Source of the DNA: an uncultured Elstera sp.
Lineage (GTDB): Bacteria > Pseudomonadota > Alphaproteobacteria > Elsterales > Elsteraceae
Assembly (NCBI GenBank): GCA_903931835.1
Contig: CAIZEE010000120.1
Coordinates: 1 to 52,845, forward strand
Direction of reading: 5' to 3'
DNA length: 52,845 nucleotides
In this document: positions 45,018 through 52,845 of the stretch, in pieces
Layout of the letters: the number at the start of each line of letters is the position of its first letter
Numbering within the stretch: the stretch's first letter is position 1
Program-made: the position numbers and the translations under genes
Notes under the pieces: model-generated
Databases searched by the model: none
What the model was told of the DNA's origin: nothing
Seen by the model: only the letters and a program-made list of their open reading frames with translations

Positions 45018-46438
45018 GAATGACCAGCGCGCCCTTCGACCGGTTGAAACAAGTTGCGGGGCCGGGCGGCTGGGTCGATCAGCCGGCAGATCTGACCGCC
45101 TATCTGACCGAGTGGCGCGGCAATTTCCATGGCACCGCTGAGCTGGTGCTGCGCCCGTCGACGACGCAGCAGGTGGCCGAGATCGTCAAGATCTGCGCCG
45201 AGACAGGAACGGCGATCGTTCCCCAGGGCGGCAACACCGGTCTATGCGGCGGCGCTGTGGCCGAACGCGGCAGCGTGATCGTCAGCCTGTCCCGGCTTAA
45301 CAAGGTTCGCAGCATCGATATCCAGACCAACACCATGGTCGTCGAGGCGGGCGTGATCCTGGGCGATATTCAGCGCGTTGCCGCAGATCACGACCGGTTG
45401 TTCCCGCTCAGTCTCGCCGCCGAAGGCAGTTGCCAGATCGGCGGTGCCTTGTCGACGAATGCCGGCGGCGTTGGCGTCCTGCGCTATGGCAATGCGCGCG
45501 AATTGGCGCTGGGCGTCGAGGTGGTGCTGCCAGATGGAACGGTATTCGACGGTCTGACGCAACTGCGCAAGAACAATACCGGCTACGATTTGCGCGATCT
45601 GTTTATCGGCGCCGAGGGCACGCTCGGCATCATCACCGCAGCCGTATTGAAATTATACGCCCAGCCAAAATCCCGTGTGACCGCCTTTGTCGCGCTGCCC
45701 AGCTGCGCCGACGTCACGCGGCTGTTGACCGCGCTGCACGGCCAGGTCGGCGAGATGGTTTCGCTGTTCGAAGGCATGAACCGGCTGAGCCTACAGACCG
45801 TCTGCAACTACTTAGGCGGGGCACAGGATCCCTTCGCCGGGCCATCGCCCTGGTATGCGCTGATCGAACTGACGAGTGCGGTGCGCGATCTCGATCTTGC
45901 CGCCCAGTTGGAAAGCGCACTGGCCGAAGCCTTCGAGCAAGGCATGATAATCGACGCCGTCATCGCGCAGAACGATACTCAAGCGCAAAATCTCAAGCGG
46001 CTACGCGAGGAGATTTCCGACGCGCAACGCCCGCTCGGCACCGCCATACGGCATGACATCGCAGTCCCGCTCTCCGCCGTGCCGGACTTCGTCGAACAGG
46101 CATCGGCGGCCGTTGCGGCAGCTGAGCCGGGCGCGCGCATTTTCGCCTTCGGGCATTTTGGCGACGGCAATATCCATTTCAATGTCAGCCAGCCAGCCGA
46201 TCAGGACGGCGCCGCGCATCTCGCTCGGCTAGAGGAGATCAGCGGGATCGTGCACGATGTTTCCGATAAGCTCGGTGGCAGTTTCAGCGCCGAACACGGC
46301 GTCGGGCTTTTGAAAATAGCCGATATGCAGCGCTATAAATCGCCGATCGAACTCGATCTGATGCGACGGCTCAAAGGCGCCATCGACCCGGCCGGCATCA
46401 TGAACCCAGGCAAAATCCTGCCTCTAGCTTCGCGCTGA
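45014..46438 (+). CDS. FAD-linked oxidase (GlcD / D-2-hydroxyacid dehydrogenase-like)
   Basis: 474 aa with an FAD-binding PCMH-type N-domain (IVPQGGNTGLCGGAV, GTLGIITAAVLKL) and a C-terminal FAD-oxidase domain (SAEHGVGLLK). Its start overlaps the upstream stop. Confidence 0.9.
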   Translation: MRMTSAPFDRLKQVAGPGGWVDQPADLTAYLTEWRGNFHGTAELVLRPSTTQQVAEIVKICAETGTAIVPQGGNTGLCGGAVAERGSVIVSLSRLNKVRSIDIQTNTMVVEAGVILGDIQRVAADHDRLFPLSLAAEGSCQIGGALSTNAGGVGVLRYGNARELALGVEVVLPDGTVFDGLTQLRKNNTGYDLRDLFIGAEGTLGIITAAVLKLYAQPKSRVTAFVALPSCADVTRLLTALHGQVGEMVSLFEGMNRLSLQTVCNYLGGAQDPFAGPSPWYALIELTSAVRDLDLAAQLESALAEAFEQGMIIDAVIAQNDTQAQNLKRLREEISDAQRPLGTAIRHDIAVPLSAVPDFVEQASAAVAAAEPGARIFAFGHFGDGNIHFNVSQPADQDGAAHLARLEEISGIVHDVSDKLGGSFSAEHGVGLLKIADMQRYKSPIELDLMRRLKGAIDPAGIMNPGKILPLASR

Positions 46439-46466
46439 CACGAAGCGGGGACTCTAGATGGCTTGG

Positions 46467-46943
46467 TTAGTGGGATTGCTGGCCGAGATTGACGGTAATG
46501 CTGGAGGAGCCCGTCACCTTGAGTGCCGCGCCCAGCATGGTCAACGCGGCCATCACGGGAAAAGTATTGGCCTGACGCGGCCCCATCGAAGCCATCTGCT
46601 GGTCGACGGCGCGGATACCGAGATTGGGATCCTGGATATTAGGACGATGAACCGGCACATCGTCAGTCGCAACACGCAGGGGCGATATCATCGGACTGCG
46701 ACTATCCAATTCCCGCGCGGCGCAATCGGGCAGATCTTTCATGGTGAAGGCTTCGGACGGCATAATCAGCGCCGGACGCAACGCCGTGGCATCGGCGTCT
46801 CTCAAGGGCGCGTCGATTGACGCTGCCCCGAGGATCGAAATGCTGCTTTTATCTTGCGCGGGGGCCAGGGTTGGCACGCACGACAATAGAGCAACCGCGA
46901 TTGCAGCCGATCTGATGTTATGCGTGAGAACCCAGCTAAGCAT
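46467..46943 (-). CDS. Secreted protein of unknown function
   Basis: 158 aa with a signal peptide (AAIAVALLSCVPTLAPAQD). I recognise no motif. Confidence 0.55.
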   Translation of the reverse strand: MLSWVLTHNIRSAAIAVALLSCVPTLAPAQDKSSISILGAASIDAPLRDADATALRPALIMPSEAFTMKDLPDCAARELDSRSPMISPLRVATDDVPVHRPNIQDPNLGIRAVDQQMASMGPRQANTFPVMAALTMLGAALKVTGSSSITVNLGQQSH

Positions 46944-47036
46944 TCCATGCCTCGATGAGAATACAAGCTACCTAAGGCGTTTTAATCCTTAATAGGAAAT
47001 TCACCAACCTTTTTTTGGTTAAGGGAAGATTGAAGA

Positions 47037-48188
47037 ATGGTTCTGGCGAGTCGAACGTACAAGCCGCCGCATTCCGGAGCGTCCGTTTTGCTGAGCCCGA
47101 CCAGCGTGATGTGGCTGATTAGCGCGTTGCTCGTTTTGCTGCTGATCATCGGATGCGCGCGAGCTGGCTATGCGGCGGCCCCGGCTCCTGCCGAGCCGGC
47201 GCCGCCGCCAGCCCCTACGATCACCTTGAAAATGTGGACCTCCTTTAGCGCTGCGCGGCTGCAACCCGTCTTCGCTGAGTTCACCAAGACCCGTGGGATC
47301 GACATCGAGTTCGTCTCCGACGAGCCCGACATATTGCTCGGTCGCCTGTTGCGGGGCGGGCCGTCCGCCGTGGCAGATGTGCTGTTGTTGCCAAGTTCCG
47401 CGCGTCTCGACAGGGCGGCGGTTGCGGGGCTGTTGCATCCGGTCGCCGTCCCTGCCCTGGCGGACGCGGTCCCCGCACTTTACCGCGACCCCGCCGGCAA
47501 TTGGTTTGGCATCGCCAGCTATGCCCGCGCCATCGCGACGGCAAATGAGCGCGTGAAACCAGGTGAAATCACCCAATACGCCGATCTTGCCAAGCCCGAA
47601 TGGCATGGGCGGCTTTGTCTGCCGCCGCTTGATAGACCAAGCAATCAATTGCTCTTTGCGGCCGAATTGCTGCATGGCGGTCGAGATGCGGCACAGGCCT
47701 GGATGCAGGCTCTAGCCGATTCAGCCGTAACCTTGCAGCCCGACGGATCAAGCAAGCTCGACGGCGATGACGACGCTCTGGTGGGCGCCATAGCCGAGGG
47801 TAAATGCGATGCCGCGATCGTCGGCAGCAGAACGCTCGCCCGAATGGCCGACCACACTGACGAGGCGAGCGCCAAGACGTTGAACGCGGTGCGCGTGGTC
47901 TGGCCCGATGCCGGTTTCGGCGTCAGTGTCGATATTGTCGGGGTCGCGGAGGTTCAAGGGACGGCTCATGCCGAGGCGGTTGAGGCGCTGCTCGCTTACC
48001 TCGCAAGCGACACGGCACAGCGTGGCCTTGCGGAAGCTCTATGGGCCTATCCGATCAAGGGGGGCGTGCCGCTATCGAATGCGGTGACGCGCTGGGGGCC
48101 GTTCCACGCCGACCAAGCGCCGCTTTCCGACATCCTGCCCTTAATCGGGGATGCCGGCGCGCTGGCGGAACAAGCCGGCTGGAAGTAA
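47037..48188 (+). CDS. Periplasmic solute-binding protein, FbpA/AfuA (ferric iron) like
   Basis: 383 aa with a signal/TM segment. The conserved block RDPAGNWFGIASYARAIATANERVKPGEITQYADLAKPEWHGRL resembles family-1 Fe(3+)-binding proteins. No cognate permease or ATPase is adjacent. Confidence 0.7.
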   Translation: MVLASRTYKPPHSGASVLLSPTSVMWLISALLVLLLIIGCARAGYAAAPAPAEPAPPPAPTITLKMWTSFSAARLQPVFAEFTKTRGIDIEFVSDEPDILLGRLLRGGPSAVADVLLLPSSARLDRAAVAGLLHPVAVPALADAVPALYRDPAGNWFGIASYARAIATANERVKPGEITQYADLAKPEWHGRLCLPPLDRPSNQLLFAAELLHGGRDAAQAWMQALADSAVTLQPDGSSKLDGDDDALVGAIAEGKCDAAIVGSRTLARMADHTDEASAKTLNAVRVVWPDAGFGVSVDIVGVAEVQGTAHAEAVEALLAYLASDTAQRGLAEALWAYPIKGGVPLSNAVTRWGPFHADQAPLSDILPLIGDAGALAEQAGWK

Positions 48189-48227
48189 ACCAACACGATA
48201 CCAGCGTATTTTTGGACGAGGCCGCTC

Positions 48228-49904
48228 TTGGTAAAAACTGGATACTTGGCATCGACACTCGCCAATGCCCTCCTCGGCGTCGTGTTTCTCCTGTCGATCT
48301 GCCCAGTCGCCTCGGCAAAGGACGAATTGGTCATCGGTATGAACCAGTTCCCCTCGAGCCTGCATCCCGATATCGATGCCGAGTTGATCAAGCGTTATGT
48401 CGACGCCTTCGTCGTGCGGCCGATCACGCAATTCGACAAGGATTGGAAAATCACCTGCTTGCTCTGCGCCCAATTGCCGACCCTGGAAAACGGGTTGGCG
48501 CGCCTCGAAAAACGCGCCGACGGCAGCACCGGCATGGCGGTGACGATCAAGCTGAAACCCGAATTGAAATGGGGTGACGGCCAACCGGTCACGGCTCGCG
48601 ATATCGCCTTCACCTGGAAAGTAGGGATCGCCCCTAATTCCGGTTTCTCCAATGTTCATCCCTGGGCGCGCTGCGACCGGGTAGAAGTCGTCGCACCCGA
48701 TACCGCCATCCTGCATTTGACCGGCGTGACCAACTCCTTTGCGGAGTGGGACGAAATCCTGCCCGAACACATCGAAGGACCCATCTTCGCCGAGGCGCCC
48801 GAGCGGTATTTCCAACAGACGCGCTATAACCGTGAGCCGACCATGCCCGGCCTGTTCAACGGGCCGTTCGTGATCACCGGATATCATTCCGGGTCCGAGA
48901 TCATCCTAGCCCCCAACCCGTATTGGCCGGGCGCCAAGCCTGGCTTCAGCCGCATCGTGTTGAAGCTGGTGGAGAATACCGCCGCATTGCAGGCCAATCT
49001 GCTGGCCGGCGATGTCGATATGATCGTCGATGGCGGGCTCGGCCTCACCATCGATCAGATACTGGAGTTGCGGCGCAAGCAGCCCGATCACTTCGATTAT
49101 ATCTTTAAACCTGCGCTCTATTTCGACCGCCTCGAGATCCAACGGGACAATCCGATCCTGGCCGATCTGCGCGTGCGCCAAGCGCTGCTCTATGCCATCG
49201 ACCGAAAGACGATGAGCCAGAAGCTGTTCGACGGCGTGCAGCCCGTCGCCGACAGTTTCGTCAACCCCGCCGATCCGATGTCGGCTGGCCATCTGCCGCA
49301 TTACGATTACGACCCAAGCAAGGCCAAATCGCTACTCCTGGAGGCCGGCTGGACGCCCGGTCCTGACGGAATATGCCGCAATCAGGCGGGCGAGCGCCTG
49401 TCGATCGACTTCATCACCATCGCGGGCAACCGCCTGCGTGAACTCGAACAGCAGGTACTGCAGAGTTATTGGAAATCCGCCTGCATTGAGACGGTGATCA
49501 AGAACGAGCCGGTGCGCACGCTTTTGGGCGAGACGGTTAAAAAGCGTCTCTTCCATGGCCTGGTTCTCTATTTCTGGGTCTATGATCCCAACGTATCGCC
49601 GCGCAACACGCTGGCGAGCGAGAGCATACCGACCCGCGCGAATAACTACGGCGGCAGCAATACGATCGCCTACTCCAACCCGGAAATGGACCGGTTAATC
49701 GGCGTGGTGGAAAGCGAACTCGACCAGAATAAGCGCCGCCAGGCCTGGGCAGGGATCCAGCGACTCTACGCCACCGATCTCCCGGTGGTGCCGCTATTCT
49801 TCCTCGTCGATGCGCATGTGATACCGAAATGGCTCGCCGGTTATGAGCGCGCGGGCTTTGCCGATTACGCCCCGCTTTGGGCGGAAAACTGGCACGCTGA
49901 GTGA
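48228..49904 (+). CDS. ABC transporter substrate-binding protein, family 5 (Dpp/Opp-like)
   Basis: 558 aa with a signal peptide and family-5 SBP blocks (IKLKPELKWGDGQPVTARDIAFTW, VLAPNPYWPG). The start is TTG. Confidence 0.9.
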   Translation: MVKTGYLASTLANALLGVVFLLSICPVASAKDELVIGMNQFPSSLHPDIDAELIKRYVDAFVVRPITQFDKDWKITCLLCAQLPTLENGLARLEKRADGSTGMAVTIKLKPELKWGDGQPVTARDIAFTWKVGIAPNSGFSNVHPWARCDRVEVVAPDTAILHLTGVTNSFAEWDEILPEHIEGPIFAEAPERYFQQTRYNREPTMPGLFNGPFVITGYHSGSEIILAPNPYWPGAKPGFSRIVLKLVENTAALQANLLAGDVDMIVDGGLGLTIDQILELRRKQPDHFDYIFKPALYFDRLEIQRDNPILADLRVRQALLYAIDRKTMSQKLFDGVQPVADSFVNPADPMSAGHLPHYDYDPSKAKSLLLEAGWTPGPDGICRNQAGERLSIDFITIAGNRLRELEQQVLQSYWKSACIETVIKNEPVRTLLGETVKKRLFHGLVLYFWVYDPNVSPRNTLASESIPTRANNYGGSNTIAYSNPEMDRLIGVVESELDQNKRRQAWAGIQRLYATDLPVVPLFFLVDAHVIPKWLAGYERAGFADYAPLWAENWHAE

Positions 49905-50866
49905 CCACCGAGCCGCTGCTCGCAGTCCAGGATCTCGAGATCGGCTTTCCGAGCCGGGGCGGTCCAAGCAACGCTGTCAGCGGGATCAGCTACACGCTTG
50001 CGCGGGGCAAAACATTAGGCGTCGTTGGCGAGAGCGGCTGCGGCAAGTCCATGACGGCGCTGGCGCTACTCGGCTTGGTGCCCGGCCCCGGCGGCGTCGG
50101 GGGATCAATCCGGTTCGATGGTGCCGAATTGATCGGCCAGAGCGAGGCCGCGTGGCGGCAGCTGCGCGGCAGCCGGATCGCGATGATCTTTCAGGAGCCG
50201 ATGACGGCACTCAATCCGGTCATGACGATCGGCCGGCAGATCGCCGAAACCATGGTCCTGCATGAACGCCTGTCCTGGCGCACCGCGACCGATCACGCAA
50301 TCGGGCTGCTGGACCAGGTCGGCATCGCAGCGCCCCGAGAGCGGGCCGATGCCTATCCGCATCAGCTGTCGGGCGGTATGCGCCAGCGCGCCATGATCGC
50401 GATGGCGCTTGCCTGCCGTCCGGCATTGCTGATCGCCGATGAACCGACCACAGCACTCGACGTCACCATCCAGGGGCAGATTCTGGACCTGTTGCAGCGG
50501 CTTCAAGTCGAGACCGGCATGGCGATCCAGTTTATCAGCCATAATCTGGCGGTCGTCTCGGAAATCGCCGACGACATCATCGTCATGTATGCCGGCCGGA
50601 TCGTGGAACGGGCGAAGGCCGAACGCCTGTTCGCCGATCCGAGCCATCCCTACACGCGTGGATTGATCGCAACGCTGCCCGGTCCGGATCGGCGGGTCGA
50701 TATTCTGCCGGTCATTGAGGGCAGCGTGCCGGCGCCAGATCGTTCTATCGTTGGCTGCCGCTTCGCCGATCGCTGTGAATTGGCCGATGCACGATGTCGG
50801 GCAGAAGAGCCCCCTGAGATACAGAAGGAGGCGGGCCATTTCGTCGCCTGTTTCAACGCCCAATGA
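49901..50866 (+). CDS. Oligopeptide/dipeptide ABC transporter ATP-binding protein (DppD-like)
   Basis: Walker A GESGCGKS, signature LSGGMRQR, Walker [13 protein letters not shown] and a C-terminal oligopeptide-transporter motif HPYTRGL. Confidence 0.95.
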   Translation: MTTEPLLAVQDLEIGFPSRGGPSNAVSGISYTLARGKTLGVVGESGCGKSMTALALLGLVPGPGGVGGSIRFDGAELIGQSEAAWRQLRGSRIAMIFQEPMTALNPVMTIGRQIAETMVLHERLSWRTATDHAIGLLDQVGIAAPRERADAYPHQLSGGMRQRAMIAMALACRPALLIADEPTTALDVTIQGQILDLLQRLQVETGMAIQFISHNLAVVSEIADDIIVMYAGRIVERAKAERLFADPSHPYTRGLIATLPGPDRRVDILPVIEGSVPAPDRSIVGCRFADRCELADARCRAEEPPEIQKEAGHFVACFNAQ

Positions 50867-51825
50867 CCAGATCGCCACTGCTTGAGCTGACCGATATCAG
50901 CGTCGCCTTTGCGCAGAAGGCCGGCTGGTTCGGTGATGGGCGCGGAACGATTTACGCGCTGGCGCATGTAAGCCTGACGCTTGACGCCGGCGAGACCCTT
51001 GCGCTGGTCGGCGAAAGCGGCAGTGGCAAGACCACGCTCGGCCATGTCATCGCGGGATTGCGGTCCCCCGATGCTGGAGCGGTGATGCTGCGTGGCAGGC
51101 CGATCGACAAGGCGGCGCGACGGGACATCCAACTCATCTTTCAGGACCCGTTCTCAGCGCTCGACCCACGGATGACCGTGGCGGCCTTGGTCGAGGAGCC
51201 GTTGCGCATACAGCAGGTTGGCTCATCGAAAGAACGCCGGGCCAAGGTCGCACGGCTGATCGACAAAGTCGGCTTGCCGCAGGACGCGCTCAATCGCTAT
51301 CCGCACGAGTTTTCAGGCGGCCAGCGCCAGCGCATCGCAATCGCCCGGGCGCTTGCCCCCGACCCCATCCTGATCGTTGCCGATGAACCACTTTCCGCCC
51401 TGGATGCGTCAGTGCAGAGTGGCATCGTGAACCTGCTGCGGCAATTCCAGCGGCAACGTGGCCTCAGCTACCTGTTCATCAGTCACGATCTGGGCGTGGT
51501 CAACCATCTAGCCGACCGCGTGGCAGTGCTCTATCTCGGGCGGCTGGTCGAGATCGCGTCAACAGCGCGGCTCTTCAAGCAACCTGCCCACCCCTACACC
51601 GCCGCCCTGCTAGACGCGGTTCCGCGCATCCGGCGCGGCGGACGACGCGCAACAGCCAATCTAAACGGCGAGATGCCGAACCCGCTTGCTCCGCCATCGG
51701 GCTGCGCCTTTCATCCGCGTTGCCCGCGTGCCGCCGACATCTGCCGCAAGGAGATTCCGGTTCTGGCACCGGTTAATGGCGAGGCCACGCAGCTCGCGGC
51801 ATGCCATTTCGCGGGAGCAGCCTGA
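50863..51825 (+). CDS. Oligopeptide/dipeptide ABC transporter ATP-binding protein (DppF-like)
   Basis: Walker A GESGSGKT, signature FSGGQRQR, Walker B LIVADEPLSALD, plus HPYTAALL and a CxxxxRC tail. Confidence 0.95.
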   Translation: MTRSPLLELTDISVAFAQKAGWFGDGRGTIYALAHVSLTLDAGETLALVGESGSGKTTLGHVIAGLRSPDAGAVMLRGRPIDKAARRDIQLIFQDPFSALDPRMTVAALVEEPLRIQQVGSSKERRAKVARLIDKVGLPQDALNRYPHEFSGGQRQRIAIARALAPDPILIVADEPLSALDASVQSGIVNLLRQFQRQRGLSYLFISHDLGVVNHLADRVAVLYLGRLVEIASTARLFKQPAHPYTAALLDAVPRIRRGGRRATANLNGEMPNPLAPPSGCAFHPRCPRAADICRKEIPVLAPVNGEATQLAACHFAGAA

Positions 51826-51826
51826 C

Positions 51827-52780
51827 ATGGCGCGCTTCATTCTAAGGCGACTGGGACAGAGCGCGCTGATTCTGCTGATCCTGTCCTTTGTCATCTATGG
51901 GCTGATCGGCTTGATGCCGGGCGATCCGCTCGACGTGATGCTGGCCAGCGCGCCCGGTGCGACGCCGGATGTGATTGCCCATCTGCGGGACATTTATGGG
52001 CTGGATCAGCCCCTGCTCTCGCGTTATTGGCACTGGCTGATATCGGCGCTGACAGGAGATTTCGGCTTTTCCCGGACACATTCCAGACCGGTTCTGGAGG
52101 TCATGGCCCCGGCATTGTGGCAGACGACTAAGCTGATGCTGACCGCGTTCGCTTTGAGTGCCCTATTGTCGCTTGTCCTGGGCGTCGTCTCGGCGCTGAG
52201 ACCAGGGGGATGGATTGATGGTATTGTCAGCCTATTCGCCTTCGCCGGTATGTCGCTGCCGGTATTCTGGCTGGCGCTGGTTCTGATCCTGGTATTCGCT
52301 CAGACCCTGCATTGGCTGCCGGCGAGCGGCATGAGTGCCGGTCGGGGCGGCGGCGTGATCGATGGGCTGCGCCACCTAATCCTGCCGGTCGCGACGCTGG
52401 TATTGGCCAATACCGGGGGCTTCACCCGTTACGTCCGCGCCTCGATGATCGAGACGTTGCGCCTCGATTTCATTCGAACGGCGCGCGCCAAGGGTGCCGG
52501 ACCGCTGCGCATCGTTTTGGTCCACGCGCTGCGCAACGCGGCCCTACCGATCGTGACGATGTTCGGATTGAGCTTTGGCACGCTGTTCTCAGGCGCGCTC
52601 GTCACCGAAACGATGTTTGCCCAGTGGGGCATGGGCAAGATGGTTTATGACGCCATTCTGGGGAACGACTTCAATCTGGCGCTCACAGGACTGCTGTTAG
52701 CAGCCTTGGTAACCTTGCTGAGCAGTCTGGCGGCCGACCTCGCCTATTGCTGGCTCGATCCCCGGATCGAGATGACATGA
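51827..52780 (+). CDS. ABC transporter permease (DppB-like)
   Basis: ATG 51827 gives MARFILRRLGQSALILLILSFVIYGLIGLMPGDPL, the typical N-terminus, plus the EAA-type loop (YVRASMIETLRLDFIRTARAKG). The track ORF start at 51686 lies inside the ATPase gene. Confidence 0.9.
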   Translation: MARFILRRLGQSALILLILSFVIYGLIGLMPGDPLDVMLASAPGATPDVIAHLRDIYGLDQPLLSRYWHWLISALTGDFGFSRTHSRPVLEVMAPALWQTTKLMLTAFALSALLSLVLGVVSALRPGGWIDGIVSLFAFAGMSLPVFWLALVLILVFAQTLHWLPASGMSAGRGGGVIDGLRHLILPVATLVLANTGGFTRYVRASMIETLRLDFIRTARAKGAGPLRIVLVHALRNAALPIVTMFGLSFGTLFSGALVTETMFAQWGMGKMVYDAILGNDFNLALTGLLLAALVTLLSSLAADLAYCWLDPRIEMT

Positions 52781-52845
52781 GCCGGCCACTCTCAGTCTGG
52801 CAGTTGCGGTGGCGCCGGTTCCGCCAGCATCGGACCGGCATGGCA
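52777..52845 (+). CDS. ABC transporter permease (DppC-like), first 23 codons only
   Basis: ATG 52777 overlaps the upstream stop (ATGA). The sequence MSRPLSVWQLRWRRFRQHRTGMA is a typical DppC-type N-terminus. The gene runs off the right edge. Confidence 0.55.
   Translation, partial: MSRPLSVWQLRWRRFRQHRTGMA

Noticed and set aside
1-52845. Search for CRISPR arrays, rRNA, insertion sequences, prophage or defence-system genes
   Set aside because: I saw no regularly spaced direct repeats other than the intragenic PAS triplication. I recognised no transposase, integrase, recombinase, nuclease-helicase or toxin-antitoxin-like ORFs in the six-frame track.

Overview
High-GC (by eye above 60% G+C) chromosomal segment that looks alphaproteobacterial, possibly Sphingomonadales-like; the taxon is inference from protein sequences and gene order. 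I support about 50 protein-coding genes and one tRNA (tRNA-Gln). I saw no rRNA, CRISPR array, transposase, integrase or phage gene. Left flank (1-5.3 kb) is housekeeping: a lytic transglycosylase fragment, family-4 UDG, a TPR lipoprotein, ispE and tRNA-Gln. The centre (5.3-32 kb) is a dense signalling and surface block. It holds a GAF-only protein, cheD and cheY, then REC-EAL, a CHASE-PAS hybrid kinase and a 4-gene SCPU/Csu-type (archaic) chaperone-usher pilus operon. These are followed by an OmpR-type regulator and a 9-gene che operon (STAS-cheY-cheA-cheW-3xPAS MCP-cheR-cheD-cheB-divergent MCP-like). The block ends with a NarL-type regulator and a 1205-aa GAF/PAS hybrid kinase. The right part (32-53 kb) carries small secreted proteins, an FkbM methyltransferase, pirin, an NCS1 permease, a SAM methyltransferase and aceA plus a DUF4170-like gene. 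It also has a 4-gene membrane glycosylation cluster, a Sua5/TsaC-type gene, a GlcD-like oxidase, an FbpA-like binding protein and a Dpp/Opp-type ABC operon. The most interesting material is non-coding or motif-level structure inside the signalling block. (1) Two near-identical palindromes, TTGTAAG-N5/6-(C/G)TTACAA, lie upstream of the cheY2 operon and in the pilus control region. (2) A duplicated 105-nt leader with a 25-nt near-identical box precedes both the pilin gene and an unannotated 55-codon membrane ORF. (3) A G-S-[IAV]-E-L-F peptide is shared by both CheD paralogs and the C-terminus of the divergent MCP-like protein. (4) Two roughly 30% G+C islands with a shared box lie upstream of the two cheY-led operons. 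Together these suggest, as inference only, a Che-type pathway wired to an archaic pilus and c-di-GMP turnover. Nothing here was compared against databases. All homology calls rest on recognised sequence motifs.
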